Shown here: positions 26,375 through 38,727 of the stretch, in pieces
How positions within the stretch are numbered: the first letter of the stretch is position 1
How the letters are laid out: each line of letters begins with the position of its first letter
NCBI RefSeq assembly: GCF_964355755.1
Contig: NC_092679.1
Location: 8,028,201-8,092,200, forward strand
Reading direction: 5' to 3'
Length of the DNA stretch: 64,000 nucleotides
Origin: Antedon mediterranea
Lineage: Eukaryota > Animalia > Echinodermata
Position numbers and translations under genes: made by a program
The notes under the pieces: model-generated
The model's database searches: none
Seen by the model: the letters and a program-made list of their open reading frames with translations, nothing else
What the model was told of the DNA's origin: nothing

Positions 26375-29023
26375 TTAGGCTGCTGGTTTTTCTATGACAT
26401 GGATGTAATAAGCAGGATTATCCACCTCATTCAAAGGTTTGTAGTCTCCATACACCTTATGTTTACAGTTGTTACCGAATGCCTCCATTAGTAATTCTGT
26501 GAATGCTTTCAGTCGATGTGGATAGTATGACAGTCGAAACCTGATGGGGAAAAAAAAACAGATTTGAAAAATGTCACTGTTGCTATAAATAACAAATGAT
26601 TACAGTAAGATCCACAGATTAAAATAGGAAAATATATATTTCTGTATGGCAATATTGATATTGCTAATAATACATTTTTGTTCTGTCTTACTTGTAGACT
26701 GAGTCTTCACTTTTGTCCAACTTCATTCGTTTTCTGGAAGATTCTGCTAGTGTTTGTTCTTGTGCTTTCTCAATATCGATATAGTAATCCAATGTCACCA
26801 TAGATGATTTACCATTAACATACAAGACAGATGTTTGTATGTCATTTACACAATTACCCTAAGAAGATAAAAGAAATTATTAGGAAGTTCTATTTTTCAC
26901 AAATAACTCTGGAAGCACTCCTCTTTGATCACACAACCGGTTCAAGTAGGAGCAGTCTTTAATTCTACTTAAATTTCCCTATATAATCCATTCAACCACA
27001 CTAGAGTACAATGAAGTGAACTGAAAGCATTGGAACTACTTATTCTTTTATCCGTTTAGTACCGTTACTTTACCTGATAGTAAATGTTTTTGACAGGAGC
27101 CCGACCAGAATCCAATATAGCGTCATAATTGCGATGATCAATTATCATAACTCCTCCTGGCTTTACCATGTGTGCAAAATTTTTCAGAGCCGTTTTGATG
27201 TTTCTTAAATCACCATCAAAATCTGGAAGATGGGCAAAAGAATTTCCAAGACAAATAACACTATCAAAGGCTCTGTCTGCACCAATGTCATCAGGTAGAG
27301 TCAACCAATTGCCAATATCAATTTCTGAAATAGAAATAAACAAGAAAAAGTCAGAAAGAAATGCTTTATAATAATATATATATACAGTATTTTTTGATAT
27401 ACTTTTTTTTTATTTGCCCTGTCGAGGGGGTAAATTGAGAAATTGGAATAATGTTTTAATTAACTTATTATTAATACATTACTGAGTGATGATTGATACA
27501 TTGTTTATATTGGGCACATATGTGCAGTATACATTGATCTATGAGACAATGCACATATCATCTTGGTCCTCTAGGTCAACTTTACTGAAAAGGGGTTCAA
27601 CTTCCCCTGCTCTCCCCCACTTTATAAAAGGCATGAGAAATGTCTATCATTGTGTTTATATATATGTGCATTGCATAAAATGTTGCCCAGTTCTCACTGC
27701 CTCTAACAAATTGGCTTATTTGTCAAGAGAACACCAACAATATTCCTAGACAGTTAGACAGCATTTTATAAGTTTAAAAAATACTGCTGAATTATTACAG
27801 TATAGATACGAACCTGTAAATCAAAGTGGAGGAATATGTCATCAAAATTACGGTGAAATTGTTGTTCAATCTTACCTATATATAAATGGGATTAAGTTTT
27901 GAGAGAAATCATTAATTCTTGAAAACAAGAACTGTTACCCCATTTATCAAAGGCCTCTTCCTTTCTTCGTGTCCATCTTTCTTTGAAAGCGTGCATGATC
28001 ATCTTATCAGAGGCATCACAACTTGTCACCAAAAAACCAGATTCTAATAACATTATTGAATCTATCCTATATTCAAATAAAAATGTACAGTGAAATATTA
28101 TTTATATTAAGAAAATAAAAAAATATATTTATTTTATTATATTTTTAATTTCGTTTCATTGGATGATGCATGCTAACCAAACCTTCTCTACAGAATATAC
28201 AAACCGGAATTGTTGCTGATGATAAAGGAGGTCAATGTCAATTTACACATTTTGCTCTCTACTAACTATACTACTACTACTAATCTATATATATATATAT
28301 ACACATATACATATGACTTTATCCAAATTCCCTCACTTGCACTGATGAAGGGCTAGTGTTGCCCGAAAGCAACTTTTCTGGCTGTTTACTTTATCGTTTT
28401 GATTTAGCTTTTCGCTTTTTTTTTGTATCTCCATTGAGATCCAGCCACTGATACCCACAGCATAGTCATTTTTCATTGCTTATTTTATTTTTATCTCCAT
28501 TGAGACCCAGCCACTGATACCCACAGCATTGTCATTTTTCATTGCTTATTTTATTTTTATCTCCATTGAGATCCAGCCACTGATACCCACAGCATTGTCA
28601 TTATTTTCAGTACTATTGCCTTTGGATTTATACATATACATATATATATATACTATTACTAGAGGATGTGAATACATGGATAATAAAAAATAATAGTTGA
28701 TAGACATCCTCTTATAATTATATTAATTTCATTTTATATCTTTATATAAACTCCATCATGCATCATCAAAAACGTTTAAATATGCAATTTTCTTACCCAG
28801 TTCCACATGCAACATCAAGTATGGTGTTGCAGTTCTTTTCTCTGAGCAGTTTGATAATCCAATCTTTGTAGTAGTCTGTTCTACCAGATTTCGTACCAAT
28901 GTAGCACTCCCACACTTTAGCGGCCTTACCGTCGGCATACTGATCGCGGATACCTTCCGCTGGGATACCCAGTGATCGCGTTCGGAACACACTGTCGATT
29001 CGTTCTGACCCAGACTTTGACAT
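26375..29023 (-). CDS. GNMT: Glycine N-methyltransferase; 5 exons (29023-28797, 28066-27939, 27324-27074, 26858-26692, 26540-26375)
   Basis: [73 protein letters not shown]. Confidence 0.96.
28316..28630 (+). mobile_element. Penelope-like terminal repeat fragment embedded in (TA)n microsatellite, with a 66-bp tandem repeat (~2.7 copies)
   Basis: Flanked by (TA)n/(CATATA) tracts; carries a hammerhead core; repeat units start at 28426, 28492 and 28558. Confidence 0.5.
28335..28375 (+). ncRNA. Minimal type I hammerhead ribozyme, probably degenerate
   Basis: CTGATGA-A-GGGC(TAGTGTT)GCCC-GAAA core with intact stem II; the expected GAAAGC-TT-GCAA cleavage segment reads GAAAGCAA. Confidence 0.6.
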
Positions 29024-29302
29024 GATGTTTTTCGATTAATTATAAAACAACAAATTTAGGCGTACAATTTAGACCTATTTATGTAGTGGTTTCTACAGAT
29101 ATTTAACGTGAGCTTCTTTTTAAGAATAAATTCGCTAACTAACAATATTACTGTACAATTCTGGATAGAACTGGTTCCAAATATGGTATTTGCAGCAACA
29201 TAACACAATAAGGTTTTTCCAGGGACGTGGTGGCGTGGCGACGGTGTGTTAAGTAAGCCAATCAAATCGCTAGAAAGTAAGAACGATGATACTGTACTCT
29301 CT

Positions 29303-29357
29303 GTGCTACCATGGACCAATAAAATTAGGTAATTTATTTATAGGTCCATGGTGCTAC
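29303..29357. mobile_element. Probable P-element footprint or micro-element in the GNMT upstream region
   Basis: 7-bp direct repeat GTGCTAC flanking 41 bp with inverted ends CATGGACCAATAAA / TTTATAGGTCCATG. Confidence 0.65.
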
Positions 29358-30260
29358 TTGTGCACGTGTTATTTTACCAGGAGATACGAAATTTATATAA
29401 CAGTTAAATAATACATAATAAGTAATAAGTCAACCTTCTTTTTAATTTATTTTACCAACAAACCATATTCATTGGAGGAGAATTCTTATTACACACTTCT
29501 CATTTTCTGTAGGCCAACAAACCCTTCTATTTTACGAAGAGGTCCTCCTAAGGCCTATCATTTCTACATTTTGTGAAAAATCCTTAAAAAAGGTTTTTTT
29601 AACTTATTTTATGAAAAGAAATTTCAGTTGTAAGGTACTACAATACTAATAGTAGGTACTTAGTAGTTGAAGTCCCTACAGTTTAGTGCTTATGCCGACC
29701 GGCCGTAAGCGGGCAACCCAAAATATTCATGCCCATACGGAATATATCTGAAAATTGATGCAATGTAGCTTGATGAAAGATAATTGACGGAAAACATAAT
29801 AGAAAGAATAAGAAAAAAAGATTGTGGTTTGTATAAACCATTGGCGTTATTCGTTATACATAGTAATGTATAGCAGGAAGCTTGGTGTACAAAATCTTTG
29901 TTTTTGTTTGATTTATTAGGCGTGTGTTTGACTTGTTGTCAATCATTCTTCTTATTAACTTGAACGTTTTGCATTACAGAAAAGAGGTATTATAGGACAA
30001 TTGTGTGTGATGTTGTTGTTAATAAGGATTACAGGCATACACTAAAGACATGAGATTATAATACAGTATTTAACATAACAAGAAACAAAATAAGAAATAA
30101 TTCGATTTTATTTGAACTAAAGAAAATGTTTTTTGGGACGTCTATTGAGTTCATATGTTTATTTATCATTTGTATTTAATTATAAATAATCACTTATAAT
30201 GACAAACGAAATACTTTGTTCCCTTTGATTTGTTAGTTACAACATAGTTTTCATTGTCTT

Positions 30261-32926
30261 CTAAAATCCTTTTTCCAAAAGATATTTTTTAACTTGTTTT
30301 TCAAATGTTCCTTTATAACGTATCTGTTTTGTATATTCATGGACTTGCATTGGAATAGTATACTCTTCAAATTGCTGTAAGTGATCTTTCAGTTCATTTG
30401 CCAAAACCTAAAGGAAAAAAACAATCATATGTGTAATATTGTAAATGATACCAATATTCTAGTCTATTACTACGTTGCAGATAGATTATTTTTAATGTAA
30501 ACAATAAAATTATTTGAGATAAATACTTACCCATATGTCACCATCTATGTGAGTAATACTTGTTAGAATTTGAGTGCCAAAATGTTTTATTTCTGTATAC
30601 ACAGGTATGTTATGATATCTGGTTCTTCTGACAAAGTATGGACAATCAGATAAAGGTCCTGAAAAATAACAGATTTTGATTTGACATTAAAACTTGCAGT
30701 GCTAAATACCGTTTATAATATTATATTTGAGTCCTAGAGTAAATCAGAATTGAACTTTATTCAAGGATTAAATTATACCTGTAGGTGGGGACCATCCACA
30801 GGGTGTAGGGTAGCTTGCATGTTTAGGAGGTTCTGGAATCTGCAGTGGTGGAATTAACCTTTGTACATATTTAAAATCGTCTTTTGATTCAATTACTTCT
30901 GTTCGTTCAAAATCTAGTAATGATGACCCATCATCTACATTTGAAGAAACACATAAACATCTGCTCTTTACATATGTTGTTGGTTGACATTCTCTCACTG
31001 AATTCTGAAAAATCAATTTTCAACTAGATTTAATTTGTCACTATGATGAATTATTGGTTAATATGCATTGATTTAAATATTGATAATTAATTTTTTAAAG
31101 ATATATTGATTTTGTCATGATCTTTATTTTAATTATTTATAATATTAATATATGAAAGATAGGATCTTGGTAGCACAAATTATATCACTGCACATCGAGT
31201 CACTTGACCGAAAATAATCAGATAAATCTATCTTTCCTTTTTTATATATAATTACCATATTGGTTTTATACTTTTAATTTATACAAATTTTATTATTGAG
31301 AATATTTAAATATCCTTTTAATTCAGCTTAGGCTGCGATGACGATATTAAAAAAAAGGATTAAAAAAAAAAAATCTTTCACCATTTCCATTTGAAAGAGT
31401 ATGGCTAGTTAGCTAGTTAGCTTATTTAATATTATTAATTAAATTAATTAGGAGTTAGCCTAGCTAGGCCTCTAGCTAGCTATACTGCGTTTCATACTGC
31501 GTTGAAACACCGGTTCTCGTCAGATCACCGAAGTTAAGCAACGTTGGGCCCGGTTGCGTTCTGGATGGGAGACCGTCTAGAAATCGTGGCGGGTGCTGTA
31601 TATACTGGAGAGTGATGGTGTAATGGTAATATCGGACTAGCATGTGATAGGCATGGGTTCGAGGTTATCTGTACCATACTAATTGCATCCTTAGCCTAGG
31701 CAAGATGCTTTACTCTCATTGCCTAATCTGGTAGGCGCTGCACTGCTGGCTGCCGTGGGTCCGTGGAGGGCCTAATCCTAATTTCCTCACTGAGGACAAA
31801 TATTAATACAAAATACAAAAAAAAAAAAAAGCTAGCTAGGTAGTCTACTAGTAGGCTAGCTAGGCGGGTGTGTAGAAAGCGACGACCTCGAATTGGACGA
31901 CCCCAACGACCCGGGCGACCTCGAATTGGACGACCTAGAATTGAACGACCCATAACACGAAACCGACGACCCCTATAGCCTAGCCTAGGCCTAAGTGTGG
32001 TTGGTATAACATCCCGAAGCCGAACATAGCCAAAGATCTCTAAAGCATACCTTATATAATACTCGCAAGCAAGCAATTGATTGATTGAAAAAATACAGAA
32101 TATCGCCATTTGATACTGAATGTGTCGACACGAACAAACGAACAGATATGGAACGCCAAGAGTGCATCATTAAAACTGCATTCGACATATTAAAAATAAA
32201 TTAAAAAGAAATAAATATTATACATTATAATTAATTACATCTCGTCTTCTTATAACGAACACTATAGGCCTACCAAGCAGCGTGTTGCGAACATGTACAT
32301 GGGGAGGGCCATAAAAAAGCTTTACATTTCACAATGCATTGTATACGGTCAAACCTTCTTACCCGCTGCTGAAAAATGGTATTTCGTGTGCTAATCGAGT
32401 CGAATGCAGTTTTAATGATGCACTCTTGGCGTTCCATATCTGTTCGTTTGTTCGTGTCAACACATTCAGTATCAAATGGCGATATTTCTGTATTTTTTCA
32501 ATCAATTGCTTGCTTGTGAGTATTATAATATAAGGTATGGTTTAAAGATCTTTGGCTATGTTCGGCTTCGGGATGTTATACCACACTTAGGGCTAGGCTA
32601 TAGGGGTCGTCGGTTTCGTGTTATGGGTCGTCAAATTCTAGGTCGTCCGATTCGAGGTCGCCCGGGTCGTCCAATTCGAGGTCGTCGCTTTCTACACACC
32701 CCTAGCTAACTAGGCTAGGCCTACTAGCTAGTCAACACACCTCACTCGTTCTCGGTACCTACTACCTACCTACCCCTTTTGCCAAATTTATATTATTATC
32801 AACAATTTATTAAAAGGAACCATTTATTGTTCAATTTCCTACCAAAACTGATACCTTTGTGATGAAAGAATGTACAGGTTTTGTTTTAAAACAAAAATGT
32901 GTGAAACGACGACTGTAGGCTGCCAT
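30261..32926 (-). CDS. MRPL49: Mitochondrial ribosomal protein L49; 4 exons (32926-32855, 31004-30779, 30658-30531, 30407-30261)
   Basis: YVQRLIPP...YPTPCGWSPP, PYFVRRTRYHNIPVY, IDGDIW, C-terminal LLEKGF*; basic/hydroxylated N-terminus resembling a mitochondrial presequence. Confidence 0.93.
31481..31830 (+). mobile_element. Chimeric SINE: 5S rRNA-derived head, tRNA-like segment, CORE-like domain and A-rich tail
   Basis: 31481-31602 matches 5S rRNA (CACCGGTTCTCGTCAGATCACCGAAGTTAAGCAACG; box C TGGATGGGAG) but is diverged and lacks an oligo-T terminator. Then TGGTGTAATGG and GGTTCGAG boxes, CCTTAG..GGCAAGATGCTTTACTCTCATTGCCT, an A-tail, and flanking AGCTAGC repeats. Confidence 0.8.
31866..32701. 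mobile_element. Foldback/MITE with ~320-bp TIRs and GACGACC subrepeats in MRPL49 intron 1
   Basis: 31866-32188 is the reverse complement of ~32398-32701 (GGGTGTGTAGAAAGCGACGACCTCG...). Confidence 0.88.
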
Positions 32927-33047
32927 TTTGTAATTAAAGGTATTGTGGGTAAGATTAATCGGTTGCGCACGCGCAATATAATCAACAAATCGACCTTTTT
33001 TGACTGGGATAACTACATTTCACAACGTGGTGTAAGTTGACTGAAAT
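32927..33047. promoter_or_regulatory. Bidirectional MRPL49/FAU promoter with putative non-coding FAU exon 1 (5'TOP)
   Basis: TGCGCACGCGCA (NRF1-like) motif; pyrimidine tract CCTTTTTT at ~32995 followed by a GTAAGT donor at 33042. The FAU ATG exon has an acceptor 7 nt upstream, so an upstream exon is expected. Confidence 0.6.
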
Positions 33048-33854
33048 AAATTATATTTTTTGGCATTCAGTGACTATTTAAACATTTTATAAACATATAA
33101 AATTCCTCTTTAGGTATTATTACTCACGTAAATTGAAAATTTCCTACGGTTTTATATGTCATTTATATTTTAATAGCCTAATAATTAATACATGTTGTGT
33201 CGGTAAGTAAGCTACCAATACTACTAGCCTAGAGGCCTACACACTAGTTAGTAGTACTAGGCGCGCCTACTAGAGGCTAGCCGAATCCCGGCCCCGAGAC
33301 GATTCGGCCCACTTTTGAGCCGAAACATCTCACTTTGAGGGCCGAAACGTCTCAATTTAGACCAAATCCATATTCACTTTTGGCGCTACTGCAGTTTCGC
33401 ACCACACTGTTATATCTTCGACTTCTCGCTTAATTTTTTTCTCGCACCCAAACCAAACAAAGGGGCCACATCATACAGTTTTGGGCCATTTTGTAACATG
33501 TTCCTATGATTTAGCCACCGTTGTATTAATACCTTTATCACAATAAAAAATGCCTTTCAAAACACCTCCTACTTTGATCGAACTGTGGCCATTTTAGAAT
33601 CAGAAAATTGCCAGAGCAGAAATCAATGTATGTTTTATTTTCTGTTTTTATTTTTAAACTGCAAAGAGTGGTTTTTATAACGAACCAGCTGTACATATCA
33701 AAAAGGCGACGATATGAGTCTGTACATAAAACATTGATAGGACCTTTTAATATGAATAATAATACTATATAATGAAATATTAATTTAACCTCTATTTCGC
33801 CAGCTGAAAACATTTCTTGCCTTTCAAAACTAAATAGGCCTAGGCCTATTATAT

Positions 33855-36800
33855 TAGTCCAGGAGTATTAATTAGACAAAAAAAGGGCCAAAGGTAGAAA
33901 TAAATATGCTAAAGCTGAATTTTTTAGGATAGGTCCCCAATGTTGTCTGGAACAACATACTAAAAGTCCCCGGGTTTCCCCGTTGTGCTTCAACCTGATT
34001 GGGCCATTTTTCAAAATGGCGGCCATCTTAACATTATTTATCATATTTTGACAACCAGTAGGTGTAAGTAAACAATTTTGGTGTCAAAATACTCAGAAGA
34101 CCAATATTTATATTCACTGTAATGTTTTCATTTATGTACTACCTATAATTATATTATACTGTATAATGCCATTGTTGATTAAATAAATGTTTTTTGAACT
34201 TGAACTTGAAGTTTTTAAAAAAATGACCGGAAATGCCTGTTTTGACCTTTGACCATAAATTTGGATTATCTCAATATCTCATCAACGACTGGCTGTAGAG
34301 ACTTAAAATTTGTCCCAAATTATTCGGAATGCCCAACTTTCTATTTACTTTAATAAAAGAAAAATACCAAAAACCTTTAGAAACCTTCTATTTTTACCTT
34401 TGAACTATTGACGTAGGCATATTTATTTTTATATTAGACATCTTGGTGATCGATAGGATACGAAATTGGTTTCAAAATTTATAACTTTGACCCTAAATTT
34501 GGGTTATCTCAATACCGCATCAACTGCTGGCCGTAGAGACTTCAAAATTGTCCTAAATTAAGCAGTGTGCCCAACTCTCTATTCACTGTAGTTAAAGAAA
34601 AATACTAAAAGCCTTTAGAAACCACCTATTTTTCCATTTGAACTATTGATCTGGTCAATGCAGTATTTTATATCATAATTATATAGAAATCTTGGTGATC
34701 GATAGGAATACATAAGCGAATTTGTTGTCAAAATATTCCAAAACACCCATGTTTTTTTACCTTTAACTAGTAATCACTACATTATAATTTAATAATTTAA
34801 GTCCCAAATAGCATGATGGACATATCATACTATTCATCATGCCATGAGATGTCAAATTTATCTGAAACAGCCTAGAAAAAATGTCGATGGACGAATAATA
34901 ATATTCATCAATATAGATATGAGGCCATAATTTCAGGTATCAAAGAGTCACAAAGTGTCATTTGACAAATCACCTAAATAAAAAAAAAAAATACAATATG
35001 AAACTCTTACAAATCTATCAAGATGGATTATAAAGAAATTGTCACTGTAAAGTTGTTATGGTCTTCAACAGATTTTCATGCCCTTACAGGGCTCGAAATT
35101 TCCTTTTTTTTCAACTAGCAAACTTTGCTAGTTGTAAAAAAATTAACTAGCAAAATCAGCAGCATAACTAGCAATCACAATTTTTTTCGGTAAAATAGTT
35201 AAATTCTACACAAATCTGAATTTATTTAGGTGTAGACCTAGGCCTAGCTTTTAGGTGTAGGCCTAGCTAGCTAGGCAAAGCTGTAGTAGTAGTAGTAGTA
35301 GTACCATTTTTAGCCAAATTAAAAAAAGATCAAGACATGCTTTCATGCTAGCCAAATCAAGGGCATTTCGGCCTATGGACGATTCGTCCCGAGACTTTTC
35401 GGCCCACTTTTTTTTAGGTTGAAACATCAAACTTTTAAAATTTGAAGCAGAACAAAATTGACTAGGCCTATGTATAAAATATTATTGCCGATGACAAAAC
35501 TGAGTTTTATATTGTTTATATCCAGACGTAATTAAAACATTAAATTTAATTGCCACCGAGCGAAATTGGTAGGCCCTATCTAATCCGTCCAAGCTACGCC
35601 CGCCTCATTCCGCCGTCTCTCGCGCTCCACTCGTCTCTATCCAGGAAATTCCCTATCGCGCACGAGAGGCATGATGTTGGAATAATAGTGGGCTGATCAA
35701 TAGTTTAGTTTGAAAACAGCTTACGGCATTTCTTAAGTGAATTTTTATTCAATGTATTCTTCAGGGCATCACGTATGCAAAACCCAGGAGAGCAACAAAT
35801 CGCTCTCCTCAAATCACCGAGGAGAGCAATTCGCTCTCCTTGCAAAAATTTTAAATCGCTCTCCTCAAATATTTATGTTGAAGTTGAAGGATGGTCGCCC
35901 TTATTAAAAATGGCTGGCCCTTATTAATTTTTTGTACACATTTTTTTGCCCGACAGGGGATAACCCCCCCCCTCCCCCCGGGCACAACAAATGTATACTG
36001 TACCTCTCCCCTAAAATCCCCCACACCCACCTTTACACACAATATTTTCCGTGGGGATCGTATTATTCTACAGTACAAAAAACTCAAGCCAATTTTTTTT
36101 TTATGGCCTGCCTGGGTAGATTGGGTTTCAGGAGCCTGGAGAATCCTGTCCTGGCCAACTATATCATATGCCTAGGCTTTAGCCTAGCTTTTCTAGCCTA
36201 GCTTGTTGGCCTAGAAATCAGACAGAAAACCTGAAAAGTATTTACCTGCAATTCATAAATTATACAATTCTAACATGCAACAGGCATTAAAATATTGATA
36301 ATAAGTTACAAAGTGTCATTTTAAAATAATTAAGAAAGATATTTGATCGTGTTTACATGTGTCACACATGGGCGCACGCACAATAGGGGAGGGCTGAGAG
36401 AGCTTCTAGAAGATGCTGACGTCACACATCAGCACGTGTTTTGAGGAGGATTTGAGTGACCAAAATTGGTTAGAACTTTCGAAGAAATAATCCATCTTCA
36501 AAATGACTTAATTAAAGCAACCAGCAGCTAAGCTTTTTTAAATAATAAACATTATATTTAGGCCTCCTATATTAATGTTTCCTTTTAAAATTAAATATAT
36601 TTTATTAACTCGTTCCATAAAAACATAAAGGGAAAAATTATTGGTTGGGACATGATCTTCCTGTAAAGGAGGTGTTTCTATGACACCGTACTGGTTGCAC
36701 TATGAGGCGATGAAGTAAACTCGCCCTTGAATGCGCGCAGGCAGGGGAATCCCCTTTGTTGGTACCTCGCACTGTGAGATGGAGCGCGATGAATTGCTCT

Positions 36801-38727
36801 CCTTTTCGAAGGTTGTTGATTGCGATCGCGCTCGCGATCCTTAAAAACGAGGGACTGCCATTAGGCTTGTAGCTTTATAACTTAGCTTATATATTATTAG
36901 CCTAGGCCTAGATTGGTTTTAACTTTTAAAAATCCACGTGTTTTTAGGCCTCTTGACAGAAAAGTCAACACTGTCAAAATCTAGGCTCTATTTTGAAAAT
37001 TAAGGAGCGCGATAAATTGCTCTCCTCGAAGCCTGTTGAGGAGCGCGGAGGAGCGCGGTCGCGCAGGCGCTCCTTATAAATGATGCCCTGATTCTTCTTT
37101 GATGAATCCTTTGCCCATTGCTGTGTAAATCAGTAATTAAAGTTGTGATGCGAAAGTGTGTGTAATTTAATTCCACAGGTAAACAATAGGCATAAGAAAA
37201 TCCATCGCACACAAACAACAGGACCTTGTGGTGTGTGCCGAGGAGACGTTCTTCTCGAGCGCGAGATCATAAACAAAGTTGGAAGAGTCCATTAAGTGGG
37301 GAGGGGGGGGGGGTGTTTACTAGTTACAAATCTATTAAATACGCGCTTCGACCCCTGTGTAGGCAAAATATTTATTTCGTTAAATCCCTAAATTGATAAT
37401 CGCGTATTCTGTAATCACGTGACTGATGATGTAATCCTTAGCGACGTGCTAAATGCACATGCTTTTGTGTTGGGGAAAAGCTTGCTGTTTATAATTTCTA
37501 ACCTTAATATTTCAAGAATAAATAAATAATAAGATTTGTTTTGTTACTAATGAATAAAAGAAGTGAAAATAGGCTAAAGCCCAAACAGACAGTAAAATGT
37601 ATCATATATATATATAGTTTAAAATTGGGGCTTGGTTTGTCTGTTTAGCATCTGAGCAATTTGGAATGAATTTTACCTCTCATGGCAATGGCCATAGTTA
37701 GATTCTGTCTATCTTTATGTCAACTTAAATTTAACTTTTTGCATCTAAGCCCTCCCTCTGGAGAGCACAGGCTATTGTCGGTTTATACAGGTAAGCTAGG
37801 CACGAAATAGACTAATTCTCATTAAAATGTAATGATTAAGGTCAAAGGTCAAAACAATTTCAATCGCATTTAGTACATTATTTCTATAAGAGTAAACAGA
37901 AACATGGGTGTTTTGGAGTATTTTGACACCAAATTCCCTTATGTATTCCTATCGATCAACAAGATTTCTATACAATTTTGGTATAAAATATGACCAGATC
38001 AAGGGTTCAAATGTCAAAATAGAAGGTTTCTAAAGGAATTTGGTATTTTTCTTTCATTAAAGTGAATAGAAAGTTGGGCATTCCGAATAATTTGGGACAA
38101 CTTTGAAGTCTCTACGGCCAGTCGTTGATGAGATATTGAGATAATCCAAATTTAGGGTCAAAGTTCAAAACATGCATTTCCGGTCATTTTTTAAAAAACT
38201 TTTTCATTATAATGAATATAAATATGGGTCTTCTGAGTATTTTGACACCAATTTCGCTTGTGTACTCCTATCGATCACCAAGATGTCTATAAAATTAAAA
38301 TATGTCTAGGTCAATAGTTCAAAGGTCAAAATAGAAGGTTCCTAAAGGAATTTGGTATTTTTCTTTCATTAAAGTGAATAGAAAGTTGGGCATTCTGAAT
38401 AATTTGGGACAACTTTGAAGTCTCTACGGCCAGTCGTTGATGAGATATTGAGATAATCCAAATTTAGGGTCAAAGGTCAAAACAGGCATTTCTGACCATT
38501 TTTTGTTAAACTTTTTCATTACAGTGAATATAAATATGGGTCTTCTGAGTATTTTGACACCAAGATTGTTTACTTACACCTACTGGTTGTCAGCATATGG
38601 TAAATCATTTTAAGATGGCCGCCATTTTGAACAATGTATGTTGTTTCAGACAACATTAGGGACCTATCCTGAAAAATTCAGCTTTAGCATATTTATTTCT
38701 ACCTCAAAGTCTAATACTCCTGGACTA
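33855..38727. mobile_element. Academ-like non-autonomous element with ~0.9-kb imperfect TIRs
   Basis: TAGTCCAGGAGTATTA ... TAATACTCCTGGACTA, 3-bp TSD TAT; arms ~33855-34760 and ~37880-38727 with internal tandem units of a few hundred bp. Confidence 0.78.
35762..37090. mobile_element. hAT-like non-autonomous element with 6-bp TSD
   Basis: CAGGGCATCA ... TGATGCCCTG, flanked by ATTCTT on both sides; GGAG(A/C)GC / GCTCTCC subterminal repeats at both ends. Confidence 0.7.

Noticed and set aside
31481-31602. Functional 5S rRNA gene
   Set aside because: Diverged with indels, no oligo-T terminator, and it continues into a SINE body and A-tail.
31607-31675. Functional tRNA gene
   Set aside because: A- and B-box-like motifs only; no complete cloverleaf.
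31723-32709. Arg/Gly/Pro-rich ORFs on opposite strands (128 aa and 77 aa)
   Set aside because: Mirror translations of the foldback arms and their short subrepeats.
35087-37357. Single hAT element bounded by CAGGGCTCGAA and TTCGACCCCTG
   Set aside because: The ends are similar but the flanks (TGCCCTTA versus TGTAGGCA) are not a TSD, so the pairing is unsupported.
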